Below, in pieces: positions 21,687 through 33,291 of a stretch of 64,000 nucleotides of DNA. The number at the start of each line of letters is the position of its first letter. The first letter of the stretch is position 1. A program made the translations under genes and the position numbers. This stretch comes from Lama guanicoe (Eukaryota): contig MU054391.1 of NCBI GenBank assembly GCA_013239625.1, positions 124,001 through 188,000 of the forward strand. Reading direction: 5' to 3'. The notes under the pieces were generated by a model. It did no database searches and had not been told where the DNA came from. It saw only the letters and a list, made by a program, of their open reading frames with translations.

Positions 21687-24600
21687 CTGTAGTGGGATAA
21701 AGTACAGACTGTGGTCAGTGACCTCGGCACCCTAAGTAAACAGCATTCCTACTGAACAGGCACATCAGCTGCTGAAGCCACTCATCTCCGTAAACACTGG
21801 GACTCCCTGGGAGCGGTACCCAGACTGTCACTTGCAATCGCGGCTCTAGGCTGCTGACAGGATTATTTATGGTACCCCAGGGCCTCGGGCGTCCTGCGGC
21901 AGGAGTTAGGGGGGCTTTGGTGGGAGCAGGCGCCAGGCCCCGCATAGCTGCCCTTTGTACGTTTCTTCTCGCAGTGGCCCCTGGGCTCCTCACAATAGCC
22001 TCAGTTTTGCTTCCCGGCAGCCGGGCCCCGTGTCACTTAACTTCCAGGGCTTGGGCAGGCTGAGTCCCCACTTAAGACGGTAACACAGAGCTTTCCCCAT
22101 AAAGGTTCCAAAGACAGTGGGGCAGCGGCCGAGCCGCAGAGCAGAAAGCCTGGCAGAGTGACAGAGATCTGAGGGAGGCTGGTGTTCCTAGACATCCCCT
22201 GCGCTGTGCTGCCATGTTCGGGTAGGACTCTGCCTCAGAGCACACTATGAGTAAGGGAACTCTTTAGTACGACGCTTACATCCCGGAAGTCGCAAAACTC
22301 TACTTAGAAATGGAAGAGTTCATGCTCTTAGCTGAAATCTGAGTGACTGCGTAACCGACAGAGGGAAATATGCACAGCACCTGAGACGAGCCACCAGCTC
22401 TCCCCTGAGCCTCACGCCCAGTGCGGAGAGGACACGGTGGCTTGGCCTCTGAGGAAAAGTGGCCTGACCGCTGGAAGCAGAGTCACAGGGTTCCTGGCTT
22501 TTCGCTCTTTGTAAGGTGCACTGCGACTTTTCAGGTGTGATTTTCCTACATAGATCACTCGTGGATGCAGTGGAGCGTGTGAGCTCAGGAAGTACTTGCA
22601 CTTGCCACACCCCTCGAGACCCCCAGGGCCACTGTCCTCCACCCTGATGCCCACCTGGCGGTCTGGCCAACGTGCAGACTTCGCTCAGCAGGTCTGGTGG
22701 GGCCTGAAAGTCCTGCTCCTCTGAGGAGCCCCCCCAGGACCACACCTGAGTGAGAAGGCCCTGCGGTTCCCTCCCGTCTGACCCGCCAGGATTCTGGGAA
22801 TTGTCTAAGCTGGCCTAGAGAGCACAGAAGCGGCCCACGTTTGGCTCTGCAGCTCTTTGTGGGCTGAGAGAGGTGGAAACCATGTAAGTAGCCACTTGTC
22901 CAGCACACAGATCCGTCTCCAGGCCCAGGAACAGCTCCGATGGGTCCTGGTCCTGCCTCTCCTGGTCCTACCTGACTGGCAGCCTTGGTGGCGTGCGCTC
23001 AGTTACGTCAGCAAAGGAGGCAGTAGGTGTGGGCAGGGGGTCCTGGAGGAGGGTCTGCAGATAGAACGAGCGGAGTCTGTGACAGGGCACACACAGTTTA
23101 AGTGTGTTGCCTCTTTCCTCACCCATGAGTGAAAGGATCAGAAGTAATGACCCCAAGGGTCACTTTCAAATTTAGAATCTATGATCCTGTTATTGTAAGG
23201 TGAGAATTAATTAAAATATATACACATTTAAACAAAAATGAGAAGGTTCTTTAGAAGAAGGTAATTCTCAAACAGGTGATTCCATTTCAGAGGAATGAAT
23301 GAGGGAGGTCACGTGTTCCAGGTCCCCGTGGCCTGGATGAGAGGGTGAGACAGAGGCACGGTGCCCTTGGGACACATGCCACTTGCCTGGGTCAGCAGGC
23401 TGCCTGCTGACCTGTTCCACTGTCCCCAGGACAGCTTTACCCGGGGCACCTCAGCTCCCTCCCAGCCTGCGATGCTTGGGGACATGCTGCGCAAGGAGTT
23501 CTGTATAGTAACCGCTGCCCACACAGAGAAGTGTCCGCTCCGTGTAAACGACAGGCGGTCTGGCCCGCTGCCCCTTGGGGTGGTCCCGACAGCAGCTGCT
23601 AAGACAACAGGCTCACCTGCACAACTTTCCTCCTGTGAGCCTTAAGTGAAAGGAAAGTTACCACTCTAAAAAAAGGAAAAAGGGTTTAGGGCCCTAAGCA
23701 GACGTGATTTCGAGCTAATAAGTTACTTGTCATCATTGCATGTTCTGTGAAGAGCGCAAGGAACCACTTCAGGGGACGTGAAATACATTCTGTTGTGGAT
23801 AAACCAGAAAGGTGCAGCCGAGAGCCAGACAGGGAAGGGCACCTGCGCTTCTGCAGTAGGGGTGAAGCCATGCGGAAGAGCAGGGTTTTGCAACAGCAAT
23901 GGAATTCTTGGGTGATGAGGTCATAATTGCTGGTGAAACAAGAAGCCTCAGACCTGGGTGGCGGGGGTGGCCCACGACCCTCGGCACTTCGCACCCTGCA
24001 GCCCTTGTTTTAGCAACTGATTCTCCAGTTGGCTCCATTGTCGGAGTTGAGTAGATACAAGCCCAGGCATCAGGCCAGAATTCATAAACAAACGGAGACG
24101 TGAATGGAAGGGTCCAGCCCATCCCAAGAGCTGATTAATTCCAGGGAATGTAAATAATGCTCAGTGTGGCACCAGCTGCTGCTGAATGGCGTTACCTTCA
24201 GTGATCTGGTCACCCAGCCCCTGCCCGCATAGCCTTCAGGGAGTAACTATTAGCAAATACAGGCGACAGAAGGCAGGGGCCTGTCAACTAACTGAGGGGC
24301 ACAGAGTCGTGTCTGCCTCGCACTGGCATTTCCAAAGTCACTTACATGCGGGGACGGTGCAGTCTCGGGTGTTGTGGTAAAGCCTATGGAAGTGTTTGCT
24401 GCACTTCGGGCTGAAATACAGAGGACCTGGAACGTGGAAGAAGAAACAGACGGTGAGGGTTCATGGGATGCAAGGATCCAGGGAGGGCAAAGGAATGAGG
24501 AGAAAACTTACCTGTAAGATGTTTTAGAAACTTGTCTTTCATCCTTAGATCTCGAGGAACAATTTCTGTTTGAGGGGAAAGAAGTTAATTACTGCATTGC

Positions 24601-24834
24601 CTAAAAGCAGCATTTTTTTCATATGACCCGAAGTAAATGTCAAGAGTTACTGGAAGCTCTGCCCCAAACGCAGCCACCCCTCGAGTGCTTCCACACAGTG
24701 TGGAGGCCGGCAATCGGGCACGTATTCTTCAAGTGGTATTAACTTCTCACAAATCTCCAGTGCTATCGGCCGGTCTCTCCCAAGAGGATAGAGGTAGTGA
24801 CCCTCAAGTTGTAGGAGGAGAGAGGTGTGCGAGC

Positions 24835-24873
<39 letters not shown>

Positions 24874-26171
24874 AGTTAGCATCCAGTGAGTAAAAATCAC
24901 TATTAGAAGTTTTCTTCTTAAAGAGCTTGGGAATCAAATAGCACAGTCTCTCAAGGTTCTAGAAGGACAATCTGATCTGATACTTCAAACAAAAAATTGC
25001 TGTGGAACTTTACTTCTAGGAACACACTTAGAAAAAGAGAGGCCTCAAAACCGCTTGTTCTGAAGGCCGCTGTGAGTGCGTGGAAACAGACACCATCCTG
25101 GCGAATGAGCTTTTTAAAAGCACAGTTCCTAGGGAGAGACTGGACCCAGCACAGCTCTTAGTTTGTATTGGAAACTAACGGTCCTTGACTGACATTCTGA
25201 TTCCAGCCTTGCTTTTGCTTTTTCTGTCATCGGGATTCATTGTCACTCACCTGTTCTGCACTAGCAGCTTAGCGGTGATGGCATGTGGCCACATTTTACC
25301 ACAAATTCACTTCATTTCCACCTGAATCTTACTTGCAAGGTTTAGACATCTCCTAAATGTCAGTCTTCATTTACAACTAACTTTAGTCAGTCTACATAAA
25401 ATTGACCTTATCATATTTGACCTAATTGTGTCATGGAAGCATTAAAAGCTTGCATGCTTTCCTCAGAAATTTCCCAAGGGGCAGCCACTCTGGGAAGACT
25501 CTGCCATGGGAGGGGGCAGGGTGGGATCTGAAACATTTCTGTCTCAGTTGAAACTGCTTTGCTGAAAATATCTCCATTTCCAAAATAACAGATGAGAGTT
25601 CTATGCCAAAATTTCTGACCAAGGTAACAACTCACGTCTTAGACGTGGACGAGATACCTGTCACCTGCCAAGCTTCATTCATGGACTTCCTATTTCCTTC
25701 TTAAGAAAATATATTTCCTCGAAATGTATTCATATTTTAAAAGTATGTGCGTTTTCTCAAAAGCAATTTTATGTCCAAGCAAGTACTCTTTCTGCCAGCG
25801 TCTCCTGAGACATGACAGGCAAACACGCCGGAGGCTCCGTCTACGCAGCACAGGAGAAGCCTTTGGCGGTGGTCCACTCCGTCTACACAGCCAGACGGTC
25901 AGAGGCACTCACCCACTTTCTGCTCCTCGGGGTCGGCCCCGTAGTCCGCGACCTCCCTGCGTCCCAGGGTGTAGTCCTGCCGGCCCGAGAGCTGCAGCCT
26001 CTTGGACTCCGCCGAGTGGTACTTCCTGAGCTCCTGGACGATCTCCAGGATGAGCCGCAGCAGCGTCTGCCTGTCCGCCGCCTCCCGGGGCTCCGCGACC
26101 CCCTGGCCGGGCCCCGCCGCCCCCAGCACCAGCAGCAGCCCCAGGAGGAGGGGGCGCCCGGGCCCGCGCAT
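21622..26171 (-). CDS. ALKAL2: ALK and LTK ligand 2 (augmentor-alpha/FAM150B) precursor, 152 aa; complement(join(25913..26171,24512..24565,24346..24426,21622..21686))
   Basis: Signal-peptide-like N-terminus [21 protein letters not shown]-terminal FAM150 domain [66 protein letters not shown] with four Cys. GT-AG introns, all phase 1; total 459 nt. Confidence 0.97.
24346..24426 (-). CDS. ALKAL2: ALKAL2 coding exon 3 ([27 protein letters not shown])
   Basis: 81 nt; acceptor ttccag, donor CAT|GTAAGT. Confidence 0.96.
24512..24565 (-). CDS. ALKAL2: ALKAL2 coding exon 2 ([18 protein letters not shown])
   Basis: 54 nt; acceptor aaacag, donor CAG|GTAAGT. Confidence 0.96.
24837..24872. repeat. (GT)18 microsatellite in an ALKAL2 intron
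   Basis: Perfect dinucleotide run. Confidence 0.95.
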
Positions 26172-27350
26172 AGTGCGCTCGGTCGGCCGGGCTGGGCGGA
26201 TCCGACGCGCTCCCGGAGCTCGGCTCGCTGGAGGGACAGGGTGTGGGAAGACCCGGAACGCAAGTCGGCGGGCTGGCGGGGAGGGCGGGGAGACCGAGCG
26301 CCCCGGCCCCGCGGACCCCCGAGCACCCCCCACACCCCCGACCCCGCGCAGAGGCGGCCTGCACCGTCCGGAGGGGAGGGCAGGTGAGGCCCCGGCGGCG
26401 GCAGGCTGGGCCTCGGTCTCCAGGAGGACCCGACCGAGGTCCCTCCCGGCGACGCGGACGCCGAGCCTCGGGTGCTGCTGGCCCTCTGCGCGCTCGGGCG
26501 CCACGGGCCTCGCCCTCGTCCAGCCTCCGTCCGGCCTCTGCCGCTGGCCCCCTGAACTTTCATGGATATGGCGTATCCGCCTGTGCTCCGCCGAGCGGGG
26601 CATCCGCACAACTTTCCGTCACCTGGAGAAGCCGAGCGGGGCCGGTTCGGAGGGTCCGGCCCACACCCATCTCCCTCGGAGATGGTGGCCGCGCTCGGGT
26701 AAGTGGGGGCCGCGCGCCCCGCCCCTGCAGCTGCGCTCAAGTTTCCAGCAGCGCCTTTGTGTGGCGGCCGCCCCCTCCTCCCCGTGTCCCCGAACCCCAC
26801 CGAGGAACCCCCGCACCGGGGACCCTCGCTCCGGCGCCCGCTGAGCCAGATTCGAGAGACCCCCTCGGCCCCTGGGGAGCGGGCTGGACCGACACCTGCC
26901 CAGGGCCACCTGCGCTCAGGAGCGCGGCCGGGTTACCTGTCTCCGCGCCCCGGAGCCGCGGGTGTCCTCCGGCGTCTGTCCGGCGTCTGTCCGGCGTCTT
27001 TCCCCGAGTCTCGGAGCCGCGCACCCCCTCGCTACTCCATGGCCGGCGGCACCCGGGCTGGTGGAGCGCGCTGATCGCTCGGGGACCAGGACGTGTTGCC
27101 TCGGCCGCTCCGAGAGGGGGACCCACAGCCTCCTGGGGTGCGCGCCGGACGAGTCTCGCCTCGAACCTCGGGGCGCCTCTTATCCCCGCGGCCGCCGACG
27201 TCAGGCAGGTCCCCGAGGGCCCGGCGCAGGGCTTTAATTAGAAGACGCTGAAGTGTTCGTATCCTCGCGCGGATCTTCGTCAGACCCCCGCCCCCCCCGC
27301 CCCAACTCCTCCCATATCTCCCTATCCCGTCTGTCTCCCCCTCTCCGCAC
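25850..27350. promoter_or_regulatory. ALKAL2: CpG island over the ALKAL2 promoter and 5' exons
   Basis: Extreme GC/CpG density surrounding and upstream of the ALKAL2 ATG. Confidence 0.85.
25913..26171 (-). CDS. ALKAL2: ALKAL2 first coding exon (exon acceptor boundary at 26227)
   Basis: ATG at 26171-26169; donor TGG|GTGAGT; upstream acceptor cctgtccctccag implies a non-coding exon further upstream. Confidence 0.95.
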
Positions 27351-30300
27351 CCCTTTCCCCCCGCCGCGTCTTTCCCATCTCCTCCCCCACCCCATCTCCC
27401 CATCTCCTCGTCTCCTCCATTTCCCCGTCTCCCCCGTCGCCCACTTCACCCGATCTCCCCCTCCCCACACCATCAGTCTATTTCCCTCCGTTCCTGTCAC
27501 TTGTGACAGGATGAGAAGAAACGCCTTTACCAGGAACTCGGATCTGTTTTTGTCTAAATGTAGATCTTGGGCTATTAAAAAAGGAGCTGCCTGATTGCCT
27601 CGACATTTAATAAGTCAATGGGAGTCTCTCCTTTTTGGAGGGTTGCGCAGGGCGAGGCTGGGGCCACTCTCAGGACCCGAGGCGGGCAGCCCAGAGGGCA
27701 CGGGCTGGACTGGGATGGGAACTAGCGGACCCAGCTGCCTGGCAGGTCACGCGGCAGCACCCCTCCCCCGCCTGCCCTGGAGCCCAGGCGTGGGGACCCC
27801 AATCTGGGCCGTGGGCTCGGTTCTCCCGCTCCTCTTCCCAAGAGCGCTCCTGGGGCACCTCCCCCGAGACCCGCGTATTTCAGAAAGTTTTGGTTCTTTG
27901 GATGTAATCAGGCACACTTGTGATAGTTCAACAATGTATCTCTTTTAATTTTTTTTCTTGTAAAATGTATTATCAATCAATTGCGCACTTTCCCATTTTA
28001 TTGGCGCTTTCTGGGCAAGAGCTGGACATCCTCCAAGTCGGCGATCTGGTTGGGAAAGGTGTTCTAAGTACACTACCAGAAAGGGAGCGTGGGGGCCAGA
28101 ATTAAAAGGCTCGGCCATTAGCAGGGCAGCCGCAGGCGGGTGGTGGGCCGGTGGGGGGGGGTGCCCGAGGCGGGGGCGGCACCTCTCTCTCCACCTCTGC
28201 CTCCCTTCCCTTCGCTGTTTCCTCTGGAGGAAGACGTGTTTGGCCGACTGAGGTGGGGTAAACAGAATAGAGAGGAGGATTCTAAATTGTGATCATCTAA
28301 ATCCACCCCCTTCCATGCACACACCTTTGGGGGTCATGTGTCTAAAGGAAATGGTTTGATTTCTCAGTAAGCCTTTTTTTTTTCAAGCAGTATGACTAAA
28401 AGTGAAATTCTCTGTCAAGATATCCTCTAGAAAAAGTAAAAATTCATATCAATCTGACCTTAGGCAGATAAAATCAGCAATTTCCCCCTTTTCTCTTTCC
28501 CCTTTCTGTGTGTAGATGGAGATTTAAGCTCCTCTGGGGAGAGCACCGCCTAGTGACCAGTGTCCCCTCTTGCCGGCACTCAGCTCACCCGTCCCTCACG
28601 CTGCCTGGCTGCCGTGGGGGCCGGATGCCAGTGCCCAGCATAGTGGCAACATGCGAAGCTTCCATTGTAAAGTATTTGGGTATAAATCTGTTTCTGGAAA
28701 AACATCTTGCTGCAGTAAAAAAGAAAAGAAATTAGCCCAACCACGTATTATTGTAAATTTATGTAGAATCTTTCCTTCTGAATAGTATCTTACCACATCA
28801 AAAGCTGGATTTTTTTTTTCCTAAAAAATACCGGTAAGAACTATGCTCCACCCCCTCTCCCAAGTTATAGGAACCAAAGAAGTCTTGCTAGTAATGACTT
28901 CATCCTTTTTTATTTTGTAGTCCTTAATGGGACAGACAAATGGAGTCCTCGAGTGACTCCTTCCACCACCCGGTCATATGCGCCAACACTTCAGCCAGCT
29001 TACTAGATACTTGGATGTGTAAACAGTAGGGACAAAACTGGGACTTGGTGTTCTGATTCATGAGATCTGGCAATTAAAGATTAGACGGCTCATGTGTTAA
29101 TTCATCCTTTTTGCAAACCTTGTGCTGAAATGACTTGGTGAACTCCTTTTTAATGAGCCATTTTTACAGATTTTTTCAACTTAATAAGAGAGCATGCTGA
29201 CTTAGAATCTCTGCTGAGCCTTTCAGTTTGTGGTGTTGTCAGGATGAATTCCTTGGAGTGCTACAATCACCAGGAGCATGTGTATTGTGCAGGTTTTTAG
29301 CACAGTTTGATTGGCTAAATTAATCTGTGCAGGTGAAGGCAAAGTGAAGTGTATGTAAACTGACTTACATGGAAATGTGAAGTTGTATCTGCAAATCGCT
29401 TAGACTCTTCAATTCTGTGTAAAATGAGATGGTTGGACTGAATGGTTTCTGAAGTCTACATATGTAATTCTATGGTTGTTACCAAAAACCTTTAAAAACA
29501 ACAAAATGCAATATTCCTACAAAAAGCTGAAGATAATTCACTGAAATAATCACTAAGTTTCACATCTGTTTTCAGACAAGAAGAGGTGATAGATTCATAT
29601 TAAGTAATTTAATCCCCTCCTTTAGTAAGTGAACAACTTTCTACTATAAAATACCAAAAAAGATAAGAGAAAATTACACAACAAACTATAGTCTAGCATT
29701 ATTGGCCAAAAAATAACCAGTCATTTATCTTGCTAGATTTGACTTAGTTTTTTGAGGAAACTACATTGGATCACAGAAAGAAAAGTAACCAGAGAGGGAC
29801 GAGTTCTGCTTAATTGACTTTTACTGCAGGTCCTTGTAACGAGATGCAAAAGCTGTTTTTGTCAATTTACAAACAGTGTAACTCTAGTGTCTCAATAACA
29901 ATTTTCTCTTTCCCTTCAAAAAGAATGTATTTTATTTGAGATGGACATTAACTACCTTTAAAGACTTCTAAAGTAGATATTTACCAATTATGTTTTTAAA
30001 TGCATTGTTGTATTTGTTCAACCATTGTTTTATCATTTAATAACCAAATACAACTCTTATTAGAGAGAAAACGCTTACCTTTCATAAAGGGTAATATTAT
30101 GTGCTGTGAAGAAATACTGCTTAATGTTTAGCTTTTATCAGCTCTGTTATTTTCACTATTAGTATGTTACTAGCATGCGAGGATGCACTAGACATTGTTC
30201 AAAGCGTCTAGGAAGACACCCTTTCTAAGAGGACCTGTCTTCCTAGCATAAATGTAACATCTGCAATCCACTGTAAGTGGCAACGCCATGTAGCCGTGTA

Positions 30301-32304
30301 TTCTGGACGAACAGAATACAGCTTCTACCAAATTCTCTCCCTCATCTGTAAGAGGGCACACGCTATTCTAAGGATGTGTAGGTGACTCACCCTCTTTTCC
30401 TTCCTTGATACACATGTTTGCATCTGCAGAACCACATTGCCTGCTAGTCTAGAAGAGGTAGGAGCAACTGTTAAGCACAGGCTGAGGTTGCACTGTAGCA
30501 GGACTGACTTTGTCCCGTGGCCAAGCGGAAGAAGACCACTCACAAAGCAAAGGCTTAAAGAGGGTACAGACCTTACCTTGTTCCTTGGAACGGATTTGGC
30601 TACAAAATCCAGCTGGAGAAGATTTCAAGGCTTGGTGACACAAGTCTGCCCTCTGAGGCTCCAACCTGGCACCTTTTGATGGCAACAATGAGAGTGAAGT
30701 TAAGAGTACAAGCCCGGCATCAACAGGTCGAAAAAGACCCTCCTGTTTGGTAAAAAGTGCATCTCAAGTTTATGAACAGTCAGATCTGTCCGTGGGAGTA
30801 TGTGTACAAAGTAGAGTCAGGCTGAGGAGCAACACAATGTGTCCACAACCAGATGTTTTCTGGATTTTTTTTTTCTGCAGGAGATCAAATGTCCTGATCA
30901 AAAGTGACAGATGTAATGAATGGGGTCAGGTAGGCACGCCCCACATGCCGTATGGGTGCCATATTCCAAAGATGCTCCCAAGCCAAGTGGTGTTTCTTTA
31001 GGGTGAGATACCCCTCTAACAAATCACCCACGTGTTTTAGTGGCTTAATGTAATGGAGCTTGATTTCTCTCAAGTCGTGGTCCAGTATGTTTTCACGCTG
31101 TGACTCAGGCTCTGCCCTTCTCAGGGCCTGGAAGTCCACGCGGAGTCCTCTGCACCTGGCCTGGAAGTGGCACCCGGCACTTCTGCCCTCATTCCCTTGG
31201 TCACCACTCAGCCAAACATGCCAGCTGGTGCTCTCACAGTGGGTGGTTCAGATCGAGGTGAGTATGAGGTGTAGGCTCTCTTCCCAGAACGAATACTTGG
31301 TATGTTCTCTTTTCCCTTGAGCAGTTCAGGAAAAAACCATCCCCAGCCCCTGGCCAAGGGCTGGGCACTGGCCGTCTCGAGGACGGCTGGAGGGGGAGGC
31401 GTGTGCCAGGGATGGCCCTGGGCTGGGAGGCTCTGCTTCCCTCCTTTAAGCAGCCAGAGGCCACGCTCAGGGCGGAAAGGCAGGACCACAGTGTTGCCTC
31501 CCTGAAGCCAACCCCAGTCTTAGGGTCTGTGCCTCAGCCACATGGAGCTGTTCACATATCCTCGCCTCCGAGACCTTCGCCCGAACTGCTCTTTTTGTCC
31601 AGGACAACTTCCTGTCCTCCCTTCTACTCCTTGCTTTCCTTGAATAACTCATCCTTATTCTCAACTCAGACACGGATCTTCTGGGAACCCCTGCCCTCAC
31701 CTCTGGAAGCCTTGCATTCGTACTCCTTCCTGTCAGGGCACTGACCCGAGATGCCCGACTGACTCTTCTGTCTCCTATTAAGGGACCATTCACAGCCAGG
31801 AGCTATTTTATTTCACCAATGCTTAGTATCACACAGGGAATGTTGTGCACACCAAGTATATATTCTTGAAAAGATGAATAAAGATACTATTTTTATGTAT
31901 TTTTTCAGACAGATGCTCATAAAACATAATTTAAACAAATATTTACCAGGTGTCTATTCTATGAAAACTAGCATTGTAGAATTACCAAGGTGGCTTGAAC
32001 ATAGACCATCTCTTTAGAAAGTATCTGATCACAGAGTAGAGTTATGACCAATTTGTCGCTAAAAATAAAAGATGGTACCCAATTGAAGCTACCCTTTGCA
32101 GCAAAGGAGATATTTGAAATGCACTGGAATGATGGGGCCTTCACGCTGGGGTGGGGGCGTGCGTGCATGGCTTGGAGGTGGGAGCGCAGAGCCTCAGCGA
32201 GTCTGGCCCTGAGAAGGCAGGTGGCGGGGTTGGGCGGAAGCTCCGCTGAGCAACGTGCCGAGGTGGGTGGAAAAGGACCTGGGCCATGAGGGCACCAGCC
32301 TGGG

Positions 32305-32465
32305 CCCAAGTCCAATCCCCACTCCCCAGCTGTGTGAACCGGGCTGGACTCCCCTTTGAACCTCATTTCTTCATGTCTGCAAGTATACGATAGGACCCTG
32401 TTACTGCAGGAATTTTGTGGATATTAAAACAAGATAATATATGTTAACCTTGTAGTACAGTGTCT
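32305..32465 (+). mobile_element. MIR SINE remnant
   Basis: aatccccactccccagctgtgtga...cctcatttcttcat...tgtggatattaaaacaagataatatatgt...agtacagtgtct. Confidence 0.6.
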
Positions 32466-32706
32466 AAAAAACCTAAAAAGCTGATCAAAAATTTCTGTCT
32501 TTCATAGTGTGTACTGGCCTCAAAGCCTTTTTTCTATATTTCATCATATCTTATAAAATGCCATGAAAGAGCATCATTCAAATCCTATAGACTGGGGCAA
32601 CAGAATTTTGTGACTCGTTCACAGCTGCATGGAAAATCTGTAGTTAGAAAGTGGACTGAAATATCCTGAATTATTAAGTGTCCACATGACCAGCTAGCAC
32701 TCAAGA

Positions 32707-33291
32707 CCAGCGGGTGAGGGCTCAGTCCAGTGGGTGAGGGCTCGGGCCAGGGGTGAGGGCTCAGGCCAGTGGGTGAGGGCTCAGGCCAGGAGTGAGGGCT
32801 CGGGCCAGTGGGTGAGGGCTCGGGCCAGTGGGTGAGGGCTAGGGCCAGCGGGTGAGGGCTCAGGCCAGGGGTGAGGGCTCAGTCCAGTGGGTGAGGGCTC
32901 GGGCCAGGGGTGAGGGCTCAGGCCAGTGGGTGAGGGCTCGGGCCAGGGGTGGGGGCGTNNNNNNNNNNNNNNNNNNNNNNNNNNNNNNNNNNNNNNNNNN
33001 NNNNNNNNNNNNNNNNNNNNNNNNNNNNNNNNNNNNNNNNNNNNNNNNTGAGGGCTCAGGCCAGGAGTGAGGGCTTGGGCCAGTGGGTGAGGGCTAGGGC
33101 CAGCGGGTGAGGGCTCAGGCCAGGGGTGAGGGCTCAGTCCAGTGGGTGAGGGCTTGGGCCAGGGGTGAGGGCTCGGGCCAGTGGGTGAGGGCTCGGGCCA
33201 GTGGATGAGGGCTCGGGCCAGGGGAGAGGGCTCGGGCCAGTGGATGAGGGCTCGGGCCAGTGGATGAGGGCTCGGGCCAGGGGTGAGGGCT
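32707..33291. repeat. G-rich minisatellite (18/20-bp units, GGGTGAGGGCTC(A/G)GGCCAG(TG)) containing an assembly gap
   Basis: More than 20 visible tandem units; N-run about 32959-33048. Confidence 0.95.

Noticed and set aside
26228..26630. Exact position of the ALKAL2 non-coding first exon
   Set aside because: Candidate donors (ACG|GTGCAG near 26364, CAG|GTGACG near 26622) cannot be distinguished without transcript data.
25812..27241. Several long overlapping ORFs (191-332 aa) on both strands
   Set aside because: Low-complexity Pro/Arg/Gly/Ala translations expected in a stop-poor CpG island; only 25913-26171 (-) is real ALKAL2 coding sequence.
32707..33291. Repeat array as CRISPR, telomere array or a Pro-rich protein (ORF 32781..33314)
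   Set aside because: No unique spacers or cas genes, eukaryotic context and no tandem TTAGGG; the ORF just translates the minisatellite and spans Ns.
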